Shown here: piece by piece, positions 7,987-17,801 of the stretch | Position numbering within the stretch: position 1 is the first letter of the stretch | How the letters are laid out: each line of letters begins with the position of its first letter | Assembly (NCBI GenBank): GCA_964449455.1 | Contig: CAYUYV010000012.1 | Coordinates: forward strand, 1-52,829 | Length of the DNA stretch: 52,829 nt | Direction: 5' to 3' | Source: an uncultured Alphaproteobacteria bacterium | GTDB lineage: Bacteria > Pseudomonadota > Alphaproteobacteria > JAJFIK01 | Program-made: the position numbers and the translations under genes | Notes under the pieces: generated by a model | Seen by the model: only the letters and a program-made list of their open reading frames with translations | What the model was told of the DNA's origin: nothing | Database searches by the model: none

Positions 7987-9072
7987 TCATGACAAGAGGC
8001 GTCCGACCACCTTGGCGGTATAGTCCACCATGGGAATGACCCGTGCATAGTTGAGCCGTTTGGGCCCGACAATGCCAATCACGCCAACAATGCGCTGCTC
8101 TCCGTCGCGGTACGGGCTGACGATGACGGATGAGCCGGACAGGCTGAACAGTTTGTTCTCCGAGCCGATGAAAATGCGCACGCCTTCGCCCTGCTGGGCA
8201 AGTTCCAGGAGGCGCACCACATCCTGCTCGCGTTCCAGATCGTCAAAGAGCTGGCGAACCCGCTCCAGATCCTCCTTGGCGCTCAAATCCTCCAGCAGCC
8301 GGGATTGGCCGCGCACGATTAGATATTTGCCCGACTCCCGCGCTTCATCGGATCCGGCTGGCGTGCCGGCCCCGCCCTCGGACCAGGTCGCAAGGCCCGC
8401 CTCAATGACCCGTGCCGTCAGGGCATCAAGTTCCGCGCGCTTGTCCGCGATATCGCCAATGATCCGCTCCCGCGCTTCAGCAAGGGTCCGGCCCCGCAAT
8501 TGGGCATTGAGATAGTTGGTCGCCTCGATCAGCGCCGAGGCGGGCAGTCCCATGGGGGTGTCGATCACCCGGTTTTCCACATGGCCGTCTTCGCCCACAA
8601 GCACCACCAGGGACTGGGTCGGAGCCAGCGGGACGAATTCGATATGTTTAAGGCCCGCATTGCGTTTTTGTGCCACGACGAGGCCCGCGCAATGGCTGAG
8701 GCCTGACAGCAGGGTGGTGGCTTCCGTCAGCACTTCTTCCACATCCCGCCCGGAGCCCGCGACCCTGGCCTCAATGGCCGCGCGTTCCTCTCCGGTGAGG
8801 TCCCCCACTTCCAAAAGCCCATCCACAAACATGCGCAGGCCCGTTTCCGTGGGCAGCCGACCGGCACTCACATGGGGCGCGCACAGCAGGCCCAGATTTT
8901 CCAGATCCGACATCACATTGCGGATGGTGGCCGGCGAGAGGGCGATGGGCAGGCTGCGACTGAGGGTGCGGGAGCCCACGGGCTCTCCGGTCTCCAGATA
9001 GCTGTCTACAATGGTCCGGAAGACGTCCCGGGACCGTTGGTCCAGGTCTGACAGGGAAAAGGAATCGGTCAT
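7987..9072 (-). CDS. hrcA: Heat-inducible transcription repressor HrcA
   Basis: ATG at 9072. Product: [39 protein letters not shown]...[27 protein letters not shown]. Confidence 0.95.
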   Translation of the reverse strand: MTDSFSLSDLDQRSRDVFRTIVDSYLETGEPVGSRTLSRSLPIALSPATIRNVMSDLENLGLLCAPHVSAGRLPTETGLRMFVDGLLEVGDLTGEERAAIEARVAGSGRDVEEVLTEATTLLSGLSHCAGLVVAQKRNAGLKHIEFVPLAPTQSLVVLVGEDGHVENRVIDTPMGLPASALIEATNYLNAQLRGRTLAEARERIIGDIADKRAELDALTARVIEAGLATWSEGGAGTPAGSDEARESGKYLIVRGQSRLLEDLSAKEDLERVRQLFDDLEREQDVVRLLELAQQGEGVRIFIGSENKLFSLSGSSVIVSPYRDGEQRIVGVIGIVGPKRLNYARVIPMVDYTAKVVGRLLS

Positions 9073-9128
9073 CGATCGTATGGTCCGCGGTGAAGCAAGG
9101 TCACAGAACGCAACACTAAACCGGATCA

Positions 9129-9149
9129 AGGTCTTTTCTGTGAAGACCT
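9129..9149 (-). terminator. Weak terminator-like hairpin downstream of the thioesterase gene
   Basis: AGGTCTT-ttctgtg-AAGACCT: a 7-bp stem with only a weak T-rich tail on the minus strand. Confidence 0.3.
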
Positions 9150-9156
9150 GTGCTGG

Positions 9157-9570
9157 TCACCCGGTCAGGTTCCGGAATGTGGCGCTGGCCCGGGCGACAG
9201 TGGCATCGTCCGCGGTCACGATCGCATCAACAAAGCCCATGGATTTGCCGGACCGGATCATGCGCGGCGTTACCGTCATCCAGGTCCCGATGGTGGCCGT
9301 GGACACATAGTCGACACAAAGACTGACGGTGACGATGCTGCCCTTCGTCTCCAGATTGAGGCCATAGGTAAGCCCCATGGCATTGTCGCACAGGGATGCG
9401 AGCACGCCGCCATGGAGAAAGCCTCGGGCATTGCAGTGGTTGTCTGCGATCCGAAGGCCAATCTCCAGTACAGTTCCGGATTGCCGGGAAAAAAGCGGCT
9501 CCCAGGCATCCGTCACCGGACTCTTGCGAAAATGGGGCTCGAAGCTTTCCGGTATGTCCTGATGCTGCAT
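9157..9570 (-). CDS. PaaI-family (hotdog-fold) thioesterase
   Basis: 137 aa with ...NARGFLHGGVLASLCDNAMG..., the typical PaaI/4HBT motif. GGAGGG lies upstream of the ATG at 9570. Confidence 0.85.
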   Translation of the reverse strand: MQHQDIPESFEPHFRKSPVTDAWEPLFSRQSGTVLEIGLRIADNHCNARGFLHGGVLASLCDNAMGLTYGLNLETKGSIVTVSLCVDYVSTATIGTWMTVTPRMIRSGKSMGFVDAIVTADDATVARASATFRNLTG

Positions 9571-9746
9571 CCTTGCCCTCCGTTCCTGGCTGTTGGCTTC
9601 CTTTGCCTGTTGCCAAGCTCTTTAGCATGGGCGCTGGGGCCAGGAACCAAAGCGTCTTTGACCCCGGCCGGCGGAGCGACTAGAACACCGATCCCATTCG
9701 TGCGGATCCGGCGGGGGCCGGTCCGCCCCAATCCACGGAGGTCACC

Positions 9747-10505
9747 ATGCGTCCTTCAGGCCGCGCCCTTGACGTCATGCGCGCCGTCAGCTTCGAGCCG
9801 GGCTTCGCCAAACATGCCGAAGGCTCCTGTCTCGTGCGCTTTGGTGACACCCATGTGCTGTGCACCGCCACGGTTGAGGATCGGGTGCCGCCCTGGCTCA
9901 AAAACGGTGGCAAGGGCTGGGTTACAGCCGAATATGGCATGCTGCCGCGCTCCACTGGCGAGCGCTCCCAGCGGGAGGCGGCCCGTGGCAAACAATCGGG
10001 ACGCACCCAGGAGATCCAACGCCTGATCGGCCGCTCGCTGCGTGCCGTCACCGATCTTGTGCGCCTGGGAGAGCGTCAGATCACCATCGACTGCGACGTA
10101 ATCCAGGCCGATGGGGGCACGCGCACGGCCTCAGTGACTGGGGCCTGGATTGCCCTGCGCCAGGCGCTGCAATGGATGTATGAGCGGGAGATGATCAACA
10201 ATATTCCGCTTAAAGATCAGGTGACGGCGGTTTCCTGCGGCATCTATCGGGGCATGAGCGTGCTTGATCTTGACTATGCTGAGGATTCCGAGGCCGAGAC
10301 GGACGCCAATTTCGTGCTCACGGGCAAGGGCGGCATTGTTGAAATTCAGGCCACGGCGGAAACCGACCCCATGACACCGGAGCAGTATGACTCTCTCATG
10401 GTGCTTGCCCGCAAGGGATGCGCTGAACTCACTCTGCTTCAGCAAAAGGCCCTCGGTCTCGCGCCGGCCGTCAAGGCATCGGAGAGTGCGGCGCCGGGCC
10501 TTTGA
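9747..10505 (+). CDS. rph: Ribonuclease PH
   Basis: [41 protein letters not shown]...[18 protein letters not shown]...[16 protein letters not shown]...[24 protein letters not shown] lies upstream of the ATG. Confidence 0.97.
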   Translation: MRPSGRALDVMRAVSFEPGFAKHAEGSCLVRFGDTHVLCTATVEDRVPPWLKNGGKGWVTAEYGMLPRSTGERSQREAARGKQSGRTQEIQRLIGRSLRAVTDLVRLGERQITIDCDVIQADGGTRTASVTGAWIALRQALQWMYEREMINNIPLKDQVTAVSCGIYRGMSVLDLDYAEDSEAETDANFVLTGKGGIVEIQATAETDPMTPEQYDSLMVLARKGCAELTLLQQKALGLAPAVKASESAAPGL

Positions 10506-10547
10506 ACCGGTGGCCACGGATGATCACGTGAACGGTTAGGCACATCC

Positions 10548-11171
10548 ATGACGGACCACTCCCATCGCCAGTTTGAGGGAACGCGCCTTGTTCTCGCCAC
10601 CCACAACAAGGGCAAGGTCGTGGAAATCCGCGACCTGCTGGCCCCCTACGGCCTCGATGTGGTGTCCGCCGGGGAGCTGGGTCTTCCGGAGCCGGAGGAA
10701 ACAGGCACGACCTTCAAGGCCAATGCGGAGCTCAAGGCCCATGCTGCGGCTCAAGCCGCCGACCTTCCAGCCCTCGCCGATGATTCCGGTCTCAGCGTGA
10801 CCGCCCTTGACGGGGCGCCGGGTATCTATTCGGCGCGCTGGGCGGGCCCTGAGAAGGATTTCTCCGCTGCGATGACCCGCATTCACAATGAGCTTGAGGC
10901 GCTGGCCAATGCGGGGAATTCGGACCGGTCTGCCGAATTCGTCTGTGCCCTGACCCTCGCCTGGCCCGACGGCCATGCCGAGACGTTCGAGGGCCGGATC
11001 GGTGGTACCCTGGTCTGGCCCCCTCAGGGAAGCCGGGGCTTCGGTTATGACCCCTTCTTCAAGGCGCAAGGCCAGGAGATCACCTTTGGCGAAATGGAGC
11101 CGGAGGTGAAACACGCCATGAGCCACCGCGCCATCGCCTTCCGGCAACTGATCAATGCCTGTTTCGCCTAA
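10548..11171 (+). CDS. rdgB: Non-canonical purine NTP pyrophosphatase (RdgB/HAM1 family)
   Basis: [18 protein letters not shown]...[10 protein letters not shown]...[24 protein letters not shown]...[20 protein letters not shown]...FGEM....K...SHRA.AF. Confidence 0.93.
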   Translation: MTDHSHRQFEGTRLVLATHNKGKVVEIRDLLAPYGLDVVSAGELGLPEPEETGTTFKANAELKAHAAAQAADLPALADDSGLSVTALDGAPGIYSARWAGPEKDFSAAMTRIHNELEALANAGNSDRSAEFVCALTLAWPDGHAETFEGRIGGTLVWPPQGSRGFGYDPFFKAQGQEITFGEMEPEVKHAMSHRAIAFRQLINACFA

Positions 11172-12321
11172 GCCGTCAGCTCACGCCGACGCCGGCTTCG
11201 GCCTTTATGTCCATTGGCCGTTCTGCGCCGCCAAATGCCCCTATTGCGATTTCAATTCCCATGTGCGGCGAGGCCTTGACGCCGCCCCTTATGGCGCGGC
11301 CCTGGTCCGTGAGATGGAGCATATGCGGGCGCTGACGGGGCCTCGCACCCTCGACAGCGTGTTTTTTGGCGGCGGCACGCCCTCCCTTATGGACCCTGCC
11401 ATCGTGGCCGAAGTCCTCGCCGCCGCCGCGCGTTTGTGGGGGGTGCAAGACGGGGCGGAGATCACCCTTGAAGCCAATCCCACCAGTACGGATGCGGAGC
11501 GGTTTGCTGGGTACCGGGCGGCGGGCGTCAATCGGGTCTCGATCGGCGTCCAGGCCCTCAATGATCCGGACCTGAAATTTCTTGGCCGTCTGCACAGCGT
11601 TGCAGAAGCCCGTGCCGCCATCGAGATTGCCCGAGCCACGTTTTCAAGGCTGTCCTTCGACCTCATCTATGCCCGGCCTGGCCAGACCGTAGCGGCGTGG
11701 GCGGACGAGTTGCGCCAGGCCATCGATCTTGCGGCGGATCACTTGTCTTTGTACCAGCTCACCATCGAGCCGGGCACGGCATTCTATGATCTCCATGCGC
11801 GGGGGCATTTGACAGTCCCGGAGGATGATCTGGCGGCAGATCTTTATGAGGTCACGGGCGAGATCTGTGGTGCCGCCGGCCTTGGGGCCTATGAGGTGTC
11901 CAATTACGCGGCGGCCGACGCCGAAAGCCGGCACAATCTCGTCTATTGGCGCTATGGCGATTATGTGGGTGTCGGTCCCGGCGCCCATGGCCGGATCATG
12001 GCTGGGGACGTGCGATCAGCCAGCGAGACCTTGCGCGCGCCGGAAGACTGGCTGGCCGCCGTTCAGGCCAAAGGTCATGGCATCAGCGTCATGTCTCCTT
12101 TGTCTTCAAAAGATCAGTCTTCAGAATTTCTGCTCATGGGCTTGCGTCTTGCAGAAGGTGTCTCCCTGGCGCGCTTCACCGCGCTTGCCGGCCATGCGCT
12201 TGATGCCCAGGCGCTGGATATGCTGGCCGCGGATGGTCTTGTGACCATTGACGGCGACCGGCTGTCCGTGACGGCGAAGGGACGCCCTGTTCTCAATGCT
12301 GTCATCGCGGCCGTCGCTTAG
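11155..12321 (+). CDS. hemW: Radical-SAM heme chaperone HemW (HemN-like, oxygen-independent coproporphyrinogen oxidase family)
   Basis: [19 protein letters not shown] (the CxxxCxxC radical-SAM motif), then FFGGGTPSL. It overlaps the rdgB 3' end by 17 nt. The rph-rdgB-hemW order is conserved synteny. Confidence 0.9.
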   Translation: MPVSPKPSAHADAGFGLYVHWPFCAAKCPYCDFNSHVRRGLDAAPYGAALVREMEHMRALTGPRTLDSVFFGGGTPSLMDPAIVAEVLAAAARLWGVQDGAEITLEANPTSTDAERFAGYRAAGVNRVSIGVQALNDPDLKFLGRLHSVAEARAAIEIARATFSRLSFDLIYARPGQTVAAWADELRQAIDLAADHLSLYQLTIEPGTAFYDLHARGHLTVPEDDLAADLYEVTGEICGAAGLGAYEVSNYAAADAESRHNLVYWRYGDYVGVGPGAHGRIMAGDVRSASETLRAPEDWLAAVQAKGHGISVMSPLSSKDQSSEFLLMGLRLAEGVSLARFTALAGHALDAQALDMLAADGLVTIDGDRLSVTAKGRPVLNAVIAAVA

Positions 12322-12339
12322 TCACGTTCAAGCGCGCGG

Positions 12340-13716
12340 TCACGTCCAGGTACGGGCCTTGACGTCAAAGAGTTCAGCGAGGATGCGGGCGAAATCGGCG
12401 ATAAAGACCTGGCGAACGCCTGCGGCATTGCCATTGAACACCACATGGCGCCCATTGCGATGCCAGACCGGATTGGGTTGAACCGGAGGCCTCTTGCGTC
12501 GCGGGCTGCCCGTTTCCGTTCGCATACAGACCACTTCATGGTCGAGCCCGTGCTTGAGGTCGATCAACCGGATAAGACTGGTGCCATCGCCCGGCGAGAT
12601 TGGATCATCCGGATCGGAATCGGTGAGGATGGTGTGGTCATCAGGGCCCATGGACGCGCGACCCGATCCGATACTGTTGGGGCAGAGAATGCGCAGATGG
12701 CCGCCGTCATAGCGGACCAATTTGAAGCGTGGCCGTGTGAATTGCGGAATATAGCCCGGATTGATGCCCGTCCGGGCCTGCATGAAGCGCGACGATCCGT
12801 AGAGAAGCTGATCAATCGAGCGCAAGGTCGGCCCCCGGGTTCGCGACAGGAGCGTGACCAGGATGTGCTCACCGTCCCGGGCCCAATGGGCATGGACGTG
12901 ATCACTCAGCCAGCGCCGCGCATCAAGGGCGACACGAATATTGCCGCCGTCCGCATCAAAGGTGACAAGGAAGGTGTTGCCGGATCCGCGTCCACCATGG
13001 GCAGGCATCCAGCGCATCACCAGCAGGATCCGGGTCTGCTGCGGATTCCATTGGACGTGGGCGGCGTAAAAGCCGCCGGTTTTAGAGATATAGCGGGCGA
13101 AGCTGTCCGGTGCCGCGTCAACAATATCTGCAAAGGAAACGAGAAGCCCCGTGTGACCTGATTCGTGGTCGGTCACGAACACACCGTCCCGGTCACTCAC
13201 TTCGCGGTAGCGCAAGTCATCCGTATCAGGCACGATCACACCGTGGCCGGGCTGCACAAGGCTCATGCGCCGCAGGCAGGGTGTCAGACTGAAGCGTCCG
13301 TCAGGGGAGGCCATATAGACCGTGTTGCCCAGATAGCGGGACGTGCCTTCGATGGGATCGGCGGACACACCGAAGGGGGTCCAGGTCTCCTCATCCATAT
13401 CGTTGAAGAACAGGTCGTGATCTGTTGCCCCCCATTGCACCTGGGCGCCCAGCTTCACGTCCCAGGCACTCGTCACGCTACGGAAGAGTCTTTCGCCCGT
13501 GAGGAGGTCGATCACATCGACGCTGGCTTTGGTGCCGGGCTCCGGTTGGCGCCACTGGGAGGGCAAGGTGGTGACCGCCAGATACCGGCCTGACGGGCTG
13601 ATGGGGGAGGTATCGAAATAGCGGTGGGTGACGGGCTCGCGGCGTGGTGTCACGCAATAGACCGGCACTTTAGGATCATACGCTGCGTAGAGTATGGCAG
13701 AACTGAAAAGCTGCAT
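12340..13716 (-). CDS. Hypothetical TolB-like beta-propeller protein of unknown function
   Basis: ORF 12340..13725. ATG at 13716, or GTG at 13725. It has repeated blade-like SP(D/S)GR motifs (SPSGRYLAV, SPDGRFSLT, WARDGEHILV, WHRNGRHVVF). No obvious signal peptide or catalytic motif. Confidence 0.6.
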   Translation of the reverse strand: MQLFSSAILYAAYDPKVPVYCVTPRREPVTHRYFDTSPISPSGRYLAVTTLPSQWRQPEPGTKASVDVIDLLTGERLFRSVTSAWDVKLGAQVQWGATDHDLFFNDMDEETWTPFGVSADPIEGTSRYLGNTVYMASPDGRFSLTPCLRRMSLVQPGHGVIVPDTDDLRYREVSDRDGVFVTDHESGHTGLLVSFADIVDAAPDSFARYISKTGGFYAAHVQWNPQQTRILLVMRWMPAHGGRGSGNTFLVTFDADGGNIRVALDARRWLSDHVHAHWARDGEHILVTLLSRTRGPTLRSIDQLLYGSSRFMQARTGINPGYIPQFTRPRFKLVRYDGGHLRILCPNSIGSGRASMGPDDHTILTDSDPDDPISPGDGTSLIRLIDLKHGLDHEVVCMRTETGSPRRKRPPVQPNPVWHRNGRHVVFNGNAAGVRQVFIADFARILAELFDVKARTWT

Positions 13717-14019
13717 GGCGCCCACATTTCTTAATGTGCCCGCAAATCGGCAGCCGCACGGATAGCAGCAGAAGTGAGTGCGGCCCGCCTTTCAGCAGGG
13801 TCTGTTTGGGGACGTGTAAATCCGATGTCACTTAAACCCATCGTCATAATAGACTCGGAGTCAAGTGTGGCAAAGGCAAGTTGAAAGCAAGGCAGGCTGG
13901 GCGGAAGCGTAAAGCTCCAGGTCTTTCCGAAGGTTCTGGTCGGAGCTTGAAATGGTAGGGCATGTAAATGCTGCCGGCCAGCCTCGTCCGGTAGCCCGGC
14001 ACAGAAGGGCAAGTCCCCA

Positions 14020-14346
14020 ATGACGTCTCAACAATTTATTCGATTTCTGGTGGGGCATGCCTTGCTGGGCTTTGCCATTGCCGTGGTCTTTATCTGTATG
14101 CTTCTGATTTCTGATGCGGCCAAATTGCGCAGCCTGGCGTTCAAATCCGATATCGGCGTCATGGCTTTGTGCGTGCTCACACTGCTCATGGGACAGACCT
14201 TCGCCGCCGTGCAGATGGGCGTCGCTTTGTGGCTGGCGGCGCGGGAGGACAAGGATGACGGTTCAGGCGGCGGCACGCGCCTGCCCAGCCTGCTCGACCA
14301 CTGGCTGATGGAGCCTGCCCGGGCCAGCGTGCGCTCCCGTCGCTGA
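14020..14346 (+). CDS. Small hypothetical membrane protein (about 3 TM segments)
   Basis: 108 aa: MTSQQFIRFLVGHALLGFAIAVVFICMLLI...IGVMALCVLTLLMGQTFAAVQMGVALWLAA. No family recognised. Confidence 0.5.
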   Translation: MTSQQFIRFLVGHALLGFAIAVVFICMLLISDAAKLRSLAFKSDIGVMALCVLTLLMGQTFAAVQMGVALWLAAREDKDDGSGGGTRLPSLLDHWLMEPARASVRSRR

Positions 14347-14372
14347 GGGGACAGGGCCTGTGACCCTGTTTC

Positions 14373-14401
14373 GGCCTCAGTGATTTGGGCCTAAGTGATT
14401 T
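14373..14401. repeat. Near-perfect 14-mer tandem repeat (period 15) between convergent genes
   Basis: GGCCTCAGTGATTT (14373-14386) and GGCCTAAGTGATTT (14388-14401). The second copy forms a 7-bp hairpin with AATCACT (14409-14415), which spans the stop codon of the next gene. Confidence 0.85.
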
Positions 14402-14410
14402 CGAGAGGAA

Positions 14411-14833
14411 TCACTCCGGCCGGGTCACGATAAACAAGCCGATTCCGATCATCGCTGCGGCCATGATAATCGCGGTGGCCGGGATCGGTTCGGTCACGGT
14501 CCAGAACACGGCATAACTGGCGGCAAGGGCGATCACGGCCAGGACTTTCGCCCGTCTCGGGATCGCGCCCCGCTCCCGCCAAGCCGTCAGTATGGGGCCG
14601 AACCGGGGATGGGTGAGGAGCCAGCGCTCCAGCCGCGGCGAGGCCCGTGTAAAACAGGCGGCCGCGAGGATCAAAAATGGCGTTGTGGGCAACAGGGGCA
14701 GGATGGCCCCGGCAAAGGCAAGGGCGACAAAGAACCAGCCCAAAGCGGCATAGAGAAACCGCGCCATAGGACCGCGCCGGGATCCGGCCCGGCTCGTCTC
14801 ATGGGGCGCTCCGCCATTGGGTGTCTCGGCCAT
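14411..14833 (-). CDS. DUF454/YbaN-family inner-membrane protein
   Basis: The C-terminal 118 aa, MARFLYAALGWFFVALAFAGAILPLLPTTPFLILAAACFTRASPRLERWLLTHPRFGP...W, is the YbaN signature. Start is ATG 14833 or ATG 14767. The rest of ORF 14411..15193 is a spurious extension. Confidence 0.8.
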   Translation of the reverse strand: MAETPNGGAPHETSRAGSRRGPMARFLYAALGWFFVALAFAGAILPLLPTTPFLILAAACFTRASPRLERWLLTHPRFGPILTAWRERGAIPRRAKVLAVIALAASYAVFWTVTEPIPATAIIMAAAMIGIGLFIVTRPE

Positions 14834-14910
14834 GGGACGCTTCCCTTGCAATCGCGTTTCGCCCATCCCTATCCCAAGTTTCACGGCGGCACGAATGAAG
14901 GATGGTCGAT

Positions 14911-15570
14911 ATGGAACGCTTCGTGGTGGCCCTTGGTGTGTTTCTGGCAGCCCATATGGTGCCCACGATGCCGCCGGTCCGTCGGTTCCTGACGCACCGA
15001 CTGGGGGAGCGGCCCTATCTGGCGCTTTACACGGTTCTGTCGCTCGGGCTTCTGGTCTGGCTGTTGTGGGAAGCGGCCTCGGCGCCGGTCGTGCCCTTGT
15101 GGACAGCCGCACCCTGGACCGCCTGGATCCCCGTGCTGCTGATGGGCCCCGCCTTTGTGCTGATTGCCGCAGGTCTGTTGGAGCCCAATCCACTTTCGGT
15201 CAGCCTCGGTGGCAGCGATTTTGACCCGGCCCGCCCCGGGATCGTGGCGCTGCTGCGTCATCCGGTGTTGTGGGGCTTTGGCCTTTGGAGCCTGTCGCAT
15301 AGTCCGATCAATGGCGCCCTGGTCCATGTCATTCTGTTTGGCGGTTTCGGCCTCTTCTCTTTTGCCGGGATGGCCCTTGTTGACGCCAAGCGCAAACGCA
15401 GCATGGGCCTTGAGGCCTGGCGGGCGCTCGACCAGAGCCGCCATGGGGGGCGCATGCTCACCCGCCGTGTCATGATCGGTGCTGCGATCGGGCTTGGGCT
15501 CTATCTGGTGTTTCTCCTCCATGCCCACAGGGCTTGGATCGGCGTCGATCCGCTGGCAATGCTGGGCTGA
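14911..15570 (+). CDS. NnrU-family membrane protein (second paralogue)
   Basis: MERFVVALGVFLAAHMVPT...LLRHPVLWGFGLWSLSHSPINGALVHVILFGGF...LVDAKRKR. Start is ATG 14911 (GAAGGA sits 8 nt upstream) or ATG 14902. Confidence 0.8.
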   Translation: MERFVVALGVFLAAHMVPTMPPVRRFLTHRLGERPYLALYTVLSLGLLVWLLWEAASAPVVPLWTAAPWTAWIPVLLMGPAFVLIAAGLLEPNPLSVSLGGSDFDPARPGIVALLRHPVLWGFGLWSLSHSPINGALVHVILFGGFGLFSFAGMALVDAKRKRSMGLEAWRALDQSRHGGRMLTRRVMIGAAIGLGLYLVFLLHAHRAWIGVDPLAMLG

Positions 15571-15727
15571 GCGTCTGCCTACAGATCAAGAACCAGGTGA
15601 TCCCGGCTCGCGGCCGAATGGCCGGCTTGTCCCCCGGTCCTCCGGATCGATGGCGGTCGCAGCGCCATTCAGGCGGACAATGGCTGCGCCTGTCATTCAG
15701 GCGGCAAGGGAATTGAGGTCGCTGAGG

Positions 15728-16462
15728 TCAGGATCCCTTGGACGCGGCAATCCGCTCGACGGCCTTGGATGTGGGCCAGACATCGCTGGCGATCATAGTG
15801 TAATTGATCAGGGCAGCGATCATGCCATCAAGGCCCGGCACCTTCGCCGCGGCGGTTGCGTCGGCGACAACAACCACTTCAAAACCCCGTTCGATCAATT
15901 CACGCATATGGGACTCGACGCATAAATTTGCCGACATCCCTGCCAGGATGACCTTGTCAATCTTTTGCTTTTGAAGCTGCAGGACCACATCGTTGTTTTC
16001 GGGGCCATAGACTTTGTGCGGGCTGCAGACAATGGTCTTCTCATGATTGATGTGGGGCTTGTACTGATCAAGCCAGTCGGCTCCACTGCCCTCAAAACCC
16101 TCCAGATTCAGTGCGCCCTTCCGGTCAAACATGTTGATGTCGTGCATCAACTTTTCCAAGGTCCCTTCAAACTTCCAACCGTGGTCGCTCGGATAGTAGT
16201 AGTGGGGACTGATGACCAGTTGCATGCCGTGCGTAATGGCGGTGTCCATCAAGCTTTTGAGATTCGCAACCGTGTTGTTTTCCGTCACGCTTTCACCGCA
16301 CGCGCCCCAGGCGACACCATCGGGGTGCAAAAAATCGTTCTGCGGATCCGTAATCACCACAGCCGTGCGTTCAAACTCGATCTCAAACCCAGGAATGGGC
16401 AGCGCAGGCGTTCCAAGATCATCAAGCCATTGCTCGACACGGTTCTTCGACGGTCCAGGCAT
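15728..16462 (-). CDS. Isochorismatase-family cysteine hydrolase
   Basis: TAVVITDPQNDF (catalytic Asp region) and VILAGMSANLCVESH (catalytic Cys). 244 aa. Confidence 0.85.
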   Translation of the reverse strand: MPGPSKNRVEQWLDDLGTPALPIPGFEIEFERTAVVITDPQNDFLHPDGVAWGACGESVTENNTVANLKSLMDTAITHGMQLVISPHYYYPSDHGWKFEGTLEKLMHDINMFDRKGALNLEGFEGSGADWLDQYKPHINHEKTIVCSPHKVYGPENNDVVLQLQKQKIDKVILAGMSANLCVESHMRELIERGFEVVVVADATAAAKVPGLDGMIAALINYTMIASDVWPTSKAVERIAASKGS

Positions 16463-16473
16463 TCTTCATCCTC

Positions 16474-16515
16474 TTTCCTAGTGCAGCGACCCAGTTTCCT
16501 AGTGTAGAGACCCAG
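16474..16515. repeat. 21-bp tandem direct repeat x2 immediately upstream of the isochorismatase-family gene
   Basis: TTTCCTAGTGCAGCGACCCAG (16474-16494) and TTTCCTAGTGTAGAGACCCAG (16495-16515) match at 19 of 21 positions. They end 11 nt from the ATG at 16462. Confidence 0.9.
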
Positions 16516-16690
16516 GCGGATGATTCAGGCACAGGTTGGCATCCGTCCGGATCAGTCAGTATGCAAATTGATCATCCAAAGCATGACACGGGGTTGGTGA
16601 TCGGGTTGGTTGGTCCCGATCCTGCGCATCACACCCCTGGCCAGAGGGAGGATCCAGGCGAACCCTCCCTGAGACCTGGCAAGGTCAGTC

Positions 16691-17698
16691 TTACTGTGCC
16701 GTCCGATCCATGAAGGTCAGGATCTTTTCGGAGATGAAGGACAGGTGGGTTTCAAGGGCGAAGTGGCCCGTGTCCAGGAGATGGAGTTCCACGTCTTTCA
16801 GATCGCGCTGGTAGGGATAGGCGCCATCGGGGGGGAATATGTGATCTCCTTGGCCCCATAGGATGATCGCCGGCGGCTGATGCTTGCGGAACAGAGCCTG
16901 CCATTTGGCATATTCCGGAATATTTGTGCCATAGGACAGGAACATGGCGATCTGGATGTCCTGATTGCCGTCCCGGTCCAGAAGATACTGATCATGGTGC
17001 CAATTATCCGGACTCACGAGAGCCAGAGCCTCTTTCGGAATGCCATGAGTGTACTGCCATTCGGTGGCCTCAAGGGTCAACAGATGGCGCAGGGCGTCGC
17101 CATTCTCCTTGCTCGGTTCGGCCCAGTATTTCTTGATCGGGTCCCAGAACGCCTTGAGGCCTTCCTCATAGGCATTACCGTTCTGGATCACCATGCCGGT
17201 CACCCGTTCCGGATGCTTGGCGAACAGCCGAAAACCGACCGGTGCGCCGTAATCCATCAGATAGATGGTGTATTTCTTGACACCTTTGTTTTGGACGAAA
17301 GTGTCCATCATCTCAGCCGTATGGGCAAAAGTGTATTCAAATTCGTCCACGGATGGCTGATCACTGGCGCCATAGCCTGGATAATCGGGGGCAAGGACAT
17401 GGTAACGCTGTGCCAGAATGGGAATCAGTTCACGGAACATATGACTTGAAGTGGGAAAGCCGTGCAAAAGAAGAATGGTGGGCCGGGACGGGTCGCCCGC
17501 TTCCCGATAGGCAATGGAAAGGCCATCGATCTCCATGGTCCGGAACTTTGTGGTCTCATAGGCCAGCGTGGCTGAAAGGGCTGTCTCGGCCAAGGCTTGC
17601 CGGTCCGATGTGATAAACGCGGCCCCAGCGGTCAGCGCAAGGGCCGTCACGGCGCCAAGCGCGAAACGATTGCTTCGTTGACGGAAAAAAGCGGTCAT
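16691..17698 (-). CDS. Secreted alpha/beta-fold hydrolase (epoxide hydrolase/haloalkane dehalogenase-like)
   Basis: Signal-like N-terminus (MTAFFRQRSNRFALGAVTALALTAGAAFI...ALA), LLLHGFPTSSHMF, a nucleophile-elbow region MDYGAPVG, and C-terminal ...LDTGHFALE. Confidence 0.85.
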   Translation of the reverse strand: MTAFFRQRSNRFALGAVTALALTAGAAFITSDRQALAETALSATLAYETTKFRTMEIDGLSIAYREAGDPSRPTILLLHGFPTSSHMFRELIPILAQRYHVLAPDYPGYGASDQPSVDEFEYTFAHTAEMMDTFVQNKGVKKYTIYLMDYGAPVGFRLFAKHPERVTGMVIQNGNAYEEGLKAFWDPIKKYWAEPSKENGDALRHLLTLEATEWQYTHGIPKEALALVSPDNWHHDQYLLDRDGNQDIQIAMFLSYGTNIPEYAKWQALFRKHQPPAIILWGQGDHIFPPDGAYPYQRDLKDVELHLLDTGHFALETHLSFISEKILTFMDRTAQ

Positions 17699-17801
17699 GA
17701 CGCGTCTCCTGATCCCGTTGCTACGCAGGCGCCCATACTGGGCACCGACGAACGGGAAGATAGGGACGCCTCTGGGTGACCTCTTCCAGAATCAGCGCAT
17801 G

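Noticed and set aside
7911-9160. CIRCE operator (TTAGCACTC-N9-GAGTGCTAA) or sigma32 promoters upstream of hrcA and grpE.
   Set aside because: No CIRCE-like inverted repeat is visible upstream of hrcA, grpE or dnaK. The CTTG-containing candidates upstream of grpE (CTTGATAGTG...CATGGAGAT) and hrcA do not have a convincing -10 element.
15571-15727. Repeated CATTCAGGCGG (15666-15676 and 15694-15704) and small GC hairpins between convergent genes.
   Set aside because: The repeats are short and the hairpins weak and imperfect, with no U-tracts. This is most likely a degenerate terminator or spacer sequence and not enough to call a feature.
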